Shown here: in pieces, positions 23,503 to 32,087 of the stretch
Layout of the letters: every line of letters starts with the position of its first letter
Position numbering within the stretch: position 1 is the stretch's first letter
Assembly: GCF_018977255.1 (NCBI RefSeq)
Contig: NW_024705605.1
Span: 1 to 32,087, forward strand
DNA: 32,087 nucleotides
Direction of reading: 5' to 3'
Source: Callorhinchus milii
Taxonomy: Eukaryota
Position numbers and translations under genes: made by a program
The notes under the pieces: model-generated
Told to the model about the DNA's origin: nothing
Seen by the model: the letters and a program-made list of their open reading frames with translations, nothing else
Databases searched by the model: none

Positions 23503-23697
23503 ATGGTGGAGAAAGCTCGAGAATTTAGTCTGGACCCGACACAGACTGCGGTTAAACGTCAGTGTGAGGAACACCGGGAGGAATTGAAGCTGTTCTGCGA
23601 AACTGACAAGAAATTGATCTGTTCCATTTGCAAAGATGTGAAAAAACACCGAGGTCACAGCTTCCTTCCCATTGACGAAGCTGCTGATATCTACAAG
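23503..23697 (+). CDS. TRIM copy 1 B-box2 portion of exon 1, from internal ATG
   Basis: AAAATGG Kozak context; CEEHREELKLFCETDKKLICSICKDVKKHRGH retains all B-box2 ligands; donor AAG|gtaatg. Confidence 0.6.
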
Positions 23698-23904
23698 GTA
23701 ATGATGCCCTCAAGAGGGTTTAATTCTATTGCCCCGTCATATTTTCATCTCAAACTTTTATTCTTTGCGTTTATTCCAGGATCAAGTGAAATCCTCCTTA
23801 GCTTCTCTCACACAGAGGAAGGAAACTGCTCTGCAAACCGAAGCCCAACAGAGAGAAAATATTTCAAAAGTTAAGGTGAGTTGTGCCGGGGCTGAAGGCT
23901 GGGC

Positions 23905-24028
23905 TGTCAGAGTGTCTCTGGTCACTGTATGTAAACGGTGTGATATATCTGTGTCTCTGGTCACTGTGTGTACATGGTGTGATGTCTCAGTGTCTCTGTT
24001 TAATGTGTGTACATGGTTGGATGTCTGA
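23905..24028. repeat. ~39-bp unit x3 in TRIM copy 1 intron 2
   Basis: tgtctctggtcactgtgtgtacatggtgtgatgtctcag-like unit repeated. Confidence 0.8.
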
Positions 24029-24037
24029 CATTTGCAG

Positions 24038-24268
24038 GAACAGGTGAACAGTTTACAGACCCACGTCACGGCTGAGTTTGCTAAAATGCACCAGAGTCTG
24101 AGTGACAGAGAGCAGCGAGTGATGCGAGATCTCAGACAGCGAGAGGAGGAGATTTTAAACCGAATGGAGAAAAATCTGCGAGAGATTCAGGGCAAATTAG
24201 ATTCTGTTCAACAAGAAATCTCCGACTTACAGACGCAGATGCTAAAGGACGCTCTCACCTTCCTTCAG
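24038..24268 (+). CDS. TRIM copy 1 coiled-coil exon (231 bp)
   Basis: tttgcag|GAA CAG GTG ... CTT CAG|gtaaag. EQVNSLQTHVTAEFAKMHQSLSDREQRVMRDLRQREEEIL... is open. Confidence 0.8.
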
Positions 24269-24309
24269 GTAAAGAGATGACATTTTTTGTAGTCGTACAT
24301 TATAATGTA

Positions 24310-25716
24310 TAATGTATTGTGGAACTATAGTCCAGTTAGTCTCACATCAGCGATAGGGAAAATATTAGAATCGTTGTTTAAGGATGTGGTAGTGCGATAT
24401 TTAGGGGAACACAATACAATTAGGCCAAGTCAACACGGCTTTACAAAAGGGAACTCATCTTTAACAAACCTCATAAAGTTTTGGAGGACATTTCCAGTGA
24501 ACTGCATAAGGGTGAATCAGTGGATGTGGTCTATTTGGACTTCCAGAACGCAATCGATAAGTTGCCGCATAAAAGGTTATTCCAAAAGATTAGGGCCCAT
24601 GGAATCGGGGGGAGCATATTAACGTGGATTCTGGAATGGTTAAAGTTAAGCAAACCAAGAGGAGGGATAAACGGGTCCCTTTCGGATTGGCGGGATGTGA
24701 CTAGTGGTATGCCTTAAGGATCGTCAATGGGCCTCAACTATTTACAATCTACATCAACGATCTAGATGAGGACATCGAAGTTAATATATATAAATTCGCG
24801 GATGAAACAAAACTAGGAGGAAGTGTCAACACAGGGGACGACATTAAAAAAATGCAGCGAGACATAGATAGGTTAGCTGATTGGGCAGGTAGGTGGCAGA
24901 TGAAGTGTAATATGGGGAAGTGAGAAGTCATCCAACTAGGTAGCAAAATCAGTAGAGCGGCTTATTTTTTAGAAGGGGAGAGATTAGAATGTGTTCGCGT
25001 CCAGAGGGACTTGGGTGGCCTTGTACACCAATCATAGCATGTTAGTCTGCAGGTGCTGCAAGCGATTAGGAAGTCAAACGGTATGATAGCATTCATTATG
25101 AAAGGATTAGAGGATAAGAGTAGGGAAGACTTGCTGCAGCTGCAAAGGGCCCTGGTGAGACCACACCTGGTATACTGTGTCCAGTTTTGTTCTCCTCATT
25201 TAAGAAAGGACGTAATTCCCTTGGAAGGGTGCAGCTTACATTTACTAGGTTAGTGCCAGGGACGAAGGAGATGAGTTACGAGGGTAGGCTGACCAACTTG
25301 GATCTATATTCTCCAGATTATAAAAGAATTAGAAGGGATCTTACAGAAAGGGCATGAAAGAGTAGATAGTGGGAGAATGTTTCCGCTGGTTGGAGAACTA
25401 AAACCAGGGGTCAGATCCTTAAAAGCATAGGCAGACCTTTCGCAATGAGTGAGGAAGAGCTTCATCAGTCACAGGGTGGTGAATGTATCGAACTCGCTAC
25501 CCAAAGGGCTATTGACACTCAGTCCTCGAACGTATTCAAGACTGAGCTATATAGATTTCATATTGCTGAAGGGATGAAGGGATGTGGGAAAAAGACATGG
25601 TCAGGTTATTAGCTGGAGGTAGATTAGAAGATCAGCTTGGTTGAATAGCGGGGCAGGTTCGAAGGGCCGAATGGCCTACTACTGCTCTTACATGTTATGT
25701 TTTGCTATGTTATGTT
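24310..25716 (+). mobile_element. 5'-truncated CR1 LINE (RT domain to 3' tail) in TRIM copy 1 intron 3
   Basis: NYSPVSLTS, SQHGFTKGNSSLTNL, VDVVYLDFQNAID, KFADETK, LVRPHLVYCVQF. CR1 3' UTR gaagggccgaatggcctactactgctc with (atgtt)n tail; stops and frameshifts present. Confidence 0.95.
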
Positions 25717-26179
25717 AGTTCAGTCACAGTTACACACAGTTTGTAGTGGACAATCTAATTGTGATCGATAAAGTGATCAATGATTTAAATTGGGATGTGA
25801 GAGACGCTGTGCAATGAGAATTTGTTGCTGTGGTTGTCTCAGTGTGAGCTGACTTCTATTTTTGTTTGATTTCATGAGGAGGAAGCTGCTGGCAACAGAA
25901 GGTAGGAAATTATCTTCACCAATTATCCCAAAATTCAGTCCAGAAACCAACCATAAGGTGGAGTTTCACTTTATAATGTGACCGTCTTTTATTTCAGGGT
26001 CAGTGACGTGGGGTTTGATCTGTCAGTGTGTGAGGCTGAGCTGCCTGTGGGGATATACAATGGGCCTATACAGTACACAACCTGGAGACACATGATACAC
26101 GGCATCAGCCCAGGTAGGTGTCTCCCATTCTCATCCTGAAGACGTCTCAATAGTACTACATTCGCCAATACATATTCAA

Positions 26180-27700
26180 CACTCCCTCAGACGCACACAT
26201 ACCCAGCACAAACACAAAAGCCTCACACACACACACAAACACACGCCTCACACACACACAACCCTCTCAAAAACACAACTGACATGCACAACCCTCACAG
26301 ACACAACCGTCACTCACGCAACGCACACACATCCAACCCTCACACATGTCACACACACAACCCTCACACACTCGCCTCGCTCACAACTCACGCATGCACC
26401 CACACAACATACCTCAGGCACACAGATCACACACACCACTTGCACACACCTCACAAACACACACCCACACACATACCTCTATCACATATATACAACCCAC
26501 ACACTCACACCCCTCAAACACTCACTTCTTACACACACCTCACACACACTCATCACACACATATCTCAGACAAACACATCTCATACTATCAATCACGCAC
26601 CCAACTCATACAGACCCCTCACACACACACCTCCAACAAACCACTCACAAAATAAGAATAAGAATAATCCTTGCATTTGACATTGCCCTTTTCATGTCTT
26701 CTGGACGTCTCAAAGCGTTTCATAGAATACACTGTAAAGTGAATTGATTGTACATTTTATGGGTGAAACGCGGCAGCGAATTGCACAGAGCAGCGTCCCA
26801 CAAACAGTCCCATAAACAATCGTGGATTGAAGTAACCAAATTATTATTATTTTAATAAGGCCATTTGTACTTGGTCACAGGCAGCTCAGCCTCACACGAA
26901 AACAGATCAAACCCCTCCACCATACATCACAAGCAACCCTCAAGCACAAACCTCTCACATACACACTGTTTACGTTGCGCACCTCTCTCACACATCTCTT
27001 GCACACGCATCGTTCACACACACCTCTTACAAACACCACTCAAACACGCACATTTCACATACGCCAATGATACACATAACACTCAAACACAATTCACACA
27101 CAAAGCTCCCTCACGCAATATTCTCACACACACCGCAAACACAAACATCACACAAACACCACCAAACACACCGTCATGCACACAACTCTCACATACACAC
27201 ATCTCACACACACATATCAGACACGCACCAAACACACGCATCTCACGCACACCCTCACACACACCACACACCCCTCACACACACGACTCACCCACCACCA
27301 CACACATGCATCTGTGAAACACCACTCACACACACTCCACACACAAACGTTCACACACTCGCCACACACACACTCCTCTCAAGAAGAGCTCTCACACACA
27401 CACAAACTTCACACACTCTCACACACACACTCCTCTCAACAACTCTCACACACACCTCACATAATCTCCTCACACACATAAGCTTACACAGGCAACCCTC
27501 ATAACATTCTTCAAATGCTGCTCACATACACCTCAGACCAACATACAACTCACACACACATGGTACACACACAACTTACCTTACACCCCTCACACAGCTG
27601 ACAAACAGGTTCCTCACACACATACTCCACTCAGTCACATACAATCAGACGTAAAGCTATCCTGCACACCCCACCACACACACACACTAACACAGACTGT
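26180..27700. repeat. CA-rich low-complexity DNA in TRIM intron 5 (also 31650-31990)
   Basis: Degenerate (CA)n and ctcacacac runs. Confidence 0.9.
26652..26850 (-). mobile_element. 3' half of the same SINE family, with L2-type tail
   Basis: Shares cccacaaacagt and cgtggattgaa with 17108-17131. The tail ataatccttgcatttga...cttttca...gacgtctcaaagcg also occurs at 11690-11750. Confidence 0.7.
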
Positions 27701-27801
27701 GAACCTTTGAGCTGGATTGTTTTCCCAGGGGTAGATGTGTTCACGCACGTCGGAGCTCCCACATGTCCCTAACCCCACTTTGTCTTGTTTCTCTCTCTCA
27801 G

Positions 27802-28344
27802 CTCCGGCTTCTCTAACTCTGGATCCTGAAACAGCCCATCCCGACCTCATCCTGTCTGAGGACCTGACCAGCGTGAGGCACGGAGACACATGGCAGAAGA
27901 TCTCTCACTCCCCGAAGATGTTTAGTAAATATGTCATTGTCCTGGGGTCTGAGGGCTTCACATCGGGGAGACATTACTGGGAGGTGCAGGTTGCTAACAA
28001 GACTGAGTGGACAGTGGGATTGGCCAGAGAGTCTGTCAAAGGAAAGGAAAGATCACAGCGTCACCAGAGGATGGATTCTGGGCAGTGTGTCTGAGTAACG
28101 GGAAGGAATATAAAGCTCTGACCTCACCTCCCACCCGCCTGCCCCTGAGAGAGAGACCCAGGAAGCTGGGAGTTTACCTGGACTATGAGGGGGACAGGTG
28201 ACATTTTACAACGCTGATAACATGTCTCATCTACACACTTTCACCCAGCGTTTCACTGACAATCTTTATCCTTTCTTCAATCCGAGTCTGAATTATGGAG
28301 GTAAAAACTGTGACCCTCTGAGAATCTGCCGGGTGACAGACTAA
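27802..28344 (+). CDS. TRIM copy 1 B30.2 (PRY-SPRY) exon, two apparent frameshifts
   Basis: [54 protein letters not shown] motifs. Frame shifts at the A-run 28038-28040 and the G-run 28189-28193; stop TAA 28342-28344. Confidence 0.85.
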
Positions 28345-29861
28345 TGAGGAAGAAACACCGAACCAAGTCCTGTGTTTGTCTGTGATGGCCACCAGTCTGA
28401 ACCTTTTATAATCTCTGTCGTGATACAATACATTTTGCAATTTATATAACATCTATCACACTGGGCCCACGGCTCAAACGTTTCTCGCGATCGATTGTCA
28501 AGGGACTGTTGTGTCTGTGAGCGAATGCGGAGCAAATTTGAACAAAGTAAAGTCTGCATAAGTCACGTTTCACTCATAAACATCAGGCTGGAGCTTTCAG
28601 CTCCTGATCTCGACAATAATAATCCTCACACTGCACATGTGGGCGCACCTGGTCAGGAAACAGTACTGGAGACAATCAGAGTGGTCTGGCTCGACCTCGA
28701 ATCCATTATCAAGCTCCAGATACTAGTATAGATCAGGCAATGACTGGATTGATGGGTGTGTGAAACAGTTGGCTGTGAGTACATGGACAGAGAATCTGAT
28801 CATTTGCTTAGTTGTAGCTGGAGTTCAGGAGAGTGGCACAGCGGGCAATTGAAAATTAAGGTGGGGTTGTGACAATAGATATATTGGTCTTATTGGCGTA
28901 AGACGTGATATCTGGGCCATCGGTTCTGATCGCAAAAGTGATCAACTGTACATACCGCTAGTGATTTATACTGCATGTTTTAGGCAGGTGGCAATATTCT
29001 TGAAAGTTGGTCAAAGGTTCTTTGATAACGTATGGAAGGAGAGTCCATACAATTAAAAAAATATTTAACTTGAACTGGTCCTTTTCGTTGATTGCAACAC
29101 ACTCAAGCTGCTTAGTGACTCTACTGGAAACAAGGTGACTTCTGGTATATCAGCCTGCTGTGTCAGTGTTTGCAGCTCGCCCTGATTTATTGTGCATCAG
29201 CAAGGAGGAGCTGTTCTGTGGAGCTGCCTGGTTAGCAAACAAATGTCACCTTGGAGCCAGTTCAGCTCAAGCAGAACCAGCTTACCTCACCACCTCTGTG
29301 GGCAAAGGCACATTCAAACGGTTGGGTGTGAAGCGGCAGAGGGAGGTGAAAGTGAGGATGTGGGCGTATGGGCTGGAGAATTGGCAGTGAAAGTCCCAGA
29401 CAATCTGGAAATGTGTCTTGTAGACTGAGAAAGGGAGGGGAGTGCAGAAAATCAGTTATAAGTAGGTATCAAAGTGTGGGTCGGGGATTGCTATGGGAGT
29501 GGGGGTGGTAAGTGTGAAAAATCGATGTAGTAGAGCAGTAAGATAATATATTTTACTCTGTGCTGGATGCGGAAGGGAGATTTGTGGGTAATGAGAGCGA
29601 GGGGCAGATATTGTGTGCGGGGAGGGGAGATTGTGGTGAGGGAAATTGTGTGTTCGGATGGGAGGAGATTGTTGGGTGATTGTGTGGAAGGGGAGTGGGA
29701 GAGTGTGATAGGGTTGATAGGGAGTGGTACGGAGATTGGTACCGGGATTGTAGGACGGTGAACAGATGTGAGGTGTGGGAATGGGGAGATCTTCTAAAAG
29801 TTTTGATTAATCAGAAGTTATTAATCAGGAGAGTAAAGGACCAGGAGGTCCCTTCTTGAAA

Positions 29862-29871
29862 GGGAATTTCC
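29862..29871 (+). promoter_or_regulatory. Canonical NF-kB site upstream of TRIM copy 2
   Basis: GGGAATTTCC about 310 bp before the expected start. The aligned position in copy 1 is GGGAATGTCC (22974-22983). Confidence 0.4.
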
Positions 29872-30175
29872 AAGTGTTCAGGAGAGGAATCAGGTTTATT
29901 GCTCTCTGTGTCTATTCCTTGTTTCATATTTACTGCGATTCTTATCTCCTCCCTTTGTATACTCATCCGCATTTGAGCTGTTCTTTGGTGAACTTTGGTC
30001 CATTTCCACATCACGAATTCCCTTCCTCCAAATCCTGGGCGTTACTAACAATCCTGACTCCACAGGTGAAGCTGTGTGAATCAGAGTGGAGTGAACGCTG
30101 TCACAGGGCGGGCACACACAGCATAAAACACTGAGCTGAACAGTTCTGGACACGGAAAGACTTTCCGGGTAGACA

Positions 30176-31568
30176 GGCTTCTGAGACATACAGTGTCCAG
30201 CGTCTGACCGAGGAGCAAACTGCGCCATTTGTCTGGAATTCTTTAAAGATCCTGTTATCCTGGACTTGAGCCACACTTTGTCGCCGTATCACTCGGAGTT
30301 GGGAAAAGCAGGAGGAGAAAACTCGCTGTGCGGAATGTCGCCAAGTTACTTGCTCAGAGGAAATCTAAGTTAATGGGTCCTTGGCCATTAAGTGGAGAAA
30401 GCTCGTAGAATTATATCTGGACCCACACAGACTTGCATTAGAACCTCAGTGTGAGAGAACACCGGGAGGAATGAAGCTGTTCTGCGAAACTGAAAGAAAT
30501 TGATCTGTGTCAGTTTGCAATAGGCAGGAACAAACACCGAGGTCACGCTTGCCTGCCATTGACGAAGCTGCTGAATATCTACAAGGTAGCGGATATGCAC
30601 CTCACGAGGGATTGTTTCTATTCCACTCTCATATTTTCACCTCAAACATTTCATTCTTTGCGTTTATTCCAGGATCAAGCTGAAATCCTCCTTAGCTTCT
30701 CTCACACAGAGGAAGGAAACTGCTCTGCAGAACGAAGCCGAACAGAGAGAAAAGTATTTCACAAAGTTAAGGTGAGTTGTGCGGGGCTGAGGCTGGGCTG
30801 TCAGGGTCTCTGGTCCTGTATACGGTGTGATTATTGTGTCTCTGACTGGTGTACATGTTGATGTCTCAGTGTTCTCTGGTTATGTGTGTGATGGTTGGAT
30901 TCTGACATTTGCAGGAACAGTGCAAACAGTCTTACAGACTCACGTCACGGCTGAGTTTGTCTAAAATGCACCAGAGCTGACTGACAGAGAGCAGCGAGTG
31001 ATGCAGATCTCAGACAGCGAGAGGAGGAGATTTTAAAACGAATGGAGAAAATCTGCGAGAGATTCAGTGGCAAACTTGATTCTGTTCAACAACGAATCTC
31101 CGACTTACAGTACGCAGATTAGAAAAGGACGCTCTCCCTTCCTTCGGTAAAGAGATGACATTATAATGTAGTTCATTAACAGTTACACAGATTCTGGGGA
31201 AGACAATCTAATTGTGATTGATGAAGAAATCAGAGATCGAATTGGGACGTGAGAGACGTTGTACACATGTATTTTTTTGTCGGTGGTGGTGACTCAGTGT
31301 GAGCTGACATCTGTCTGTGTTTGATTTCATGAGGAAGAAGCTGCTGCCAACAGAAGGTATGAAATGATCTTTACCAAATATCCCAGAATTCAACCGACAA
31401 ACCAACCACAAGGTGCAGTTTCACTTTACAATGTGATCTTGTCTTATTTCAGGGTCAGTGACGAGAGGTTTGATCTGTCAGTGTGTGAGGCTGAGCTCCC
31501 TGTGGCCAAGTACAAATGGCCTTTGAAGAACACAGTCTGGAGACAGATTATAGACAACATCAGCCCAG
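30176..31568 (+). pseudogene. TRIM gene copy 2 (tandem paralogue), exons 1-5; B30.2 exon expected beyond window
   Basis: Exons ~30176-30585, 30673-30771, 30915-31146, 31334-31356, 31453-31568 align with copy 1. Exons 1-3 have many 1-nt indels; exons 4-5 keep their 23 and 116 bp lengths. Confidence 0.85.
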
Positions 31569-31991
31569 GTAAATATCTCCCAATCTCACTCTTATGCCGT
31601 GTCATTAGCCTGACATTCACCTGGATCTCAAAGCGTAATCCCTCTTCCTGCACACGCACCTCCCCCCCACCCCCCCCCCACACACACACACAAACACACC
31701 CTTCAGGCACACGAGCCTCACAAACACACACACTCAGACACACACACCGTAACACACTCACACAGTTCTCGCACACAACTCACACACGCACAACCTCCCA
31801 CACACACTCTCACGCACACCCTCACAAAAACACCACACACACACACCACACACACACAACTCTTTCACAGACTTTACACACATCTCAAGTATACACTCCT
31901 CACACACACAGTCCTCAAACACACCACTCACACACACCGCTATGACACGACTCACATGCAAGCACACTCACACACACCTCTTACACAACCC

Positions 31992-32087
31992 GTGGAGTCC
32001 TTTAGCACAGTGGTTGAAGCATTCACCTTGCAAGCGAGACACTTGGATTCAATGCGGTGTCGGGCGAAACATTGGGAAAATTTCCTT
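31992..32087 (+). mobile_element. tRNA-derived SINE head, truncated by window end
   Basis: ggagtcctttagcacagtggttgaagcattcaccttgcaagcgagacacttggattcaa...ggcgaaacattggg matches the 17285 and 14497 copies. Confidence 0.8.

Larger units (their letters stand above)
23287..28344 (+). pseudogene. TRIM gene copy 1 (RING-Bbox2-coiled coil-B30.2/PRY-SPRY; TRIM39/RFP/nuclear factor 7-like); RING disabled, either a pseudogene or a RING-less gene
   Basis: Exons 23287-23697, 23780-23875 (96 bp), 24038-24268 (231 bp), 25879-25901 (23 bp), 25998-26113 (116 bp), 27802-28344 follow the classic class-IV TRIM exon sizes. Lesions: expected ATG is AGG (23287), TGA at RING Cys3 (23377-23379), last RING Cys is Tyr, two 1-nt deletions in the last exon. 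Confidence 0.88.
21675..31620 (+). repeat. Tandem segmental duplication, unit about 6.9 kb (upstream region plus TRIM gene)
   Basis: 21698 tgtgggcgcatctggctcaggaaaagtactggagacaatcagagtggtctggctcgac recurs at ~28638. Colinearity continues through the upstream region and exons. Confidence 0.9.

Noticed and set aside
26284..27504. His/Thr-rich ORFs (also 15186-15594 and the tail of 31364-31945)
   Set aside because: Translations of CA-rich repeats.

Overview
Eukaryotic DNA from a vertebrate innate-immunity locus. Gene and SINE types suggest a cartilaginous fish, possibly a holocephalan (inference). The minus strand carries a spliced NLR gene: putative death-fold N-terminus, FISNA-like region, NACHT, and RI-type LRR. 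Six phase-compatible coding exons lie between 13025 and 1596, and the gene probably continues off the left edge. Head-to-head on the plus strand is a tandem pair of TRIM (RING-Bbox-coiled coil-B30.2) loci about 6.9 kb apart. Copy 1 (23287-28344) has lost its ATG and carries TGA at a RING cysteine. Its B-box and coiled-coil exons are intact behind a good internal ATG, and its PRY-SPRY exon has only two homopolymer frameshifts. Copy 2 is indel-ridden in exons 1-3 and runs off the right edge. The rest is CT/CA low-complexity DNA, minisatellites, L2 and CR1 LINE fragments, tRNA-derived SINEs, a 79-bp inverted repeat and several local duplications. Most ORFs in the supplied track are microsatellite artefacts.
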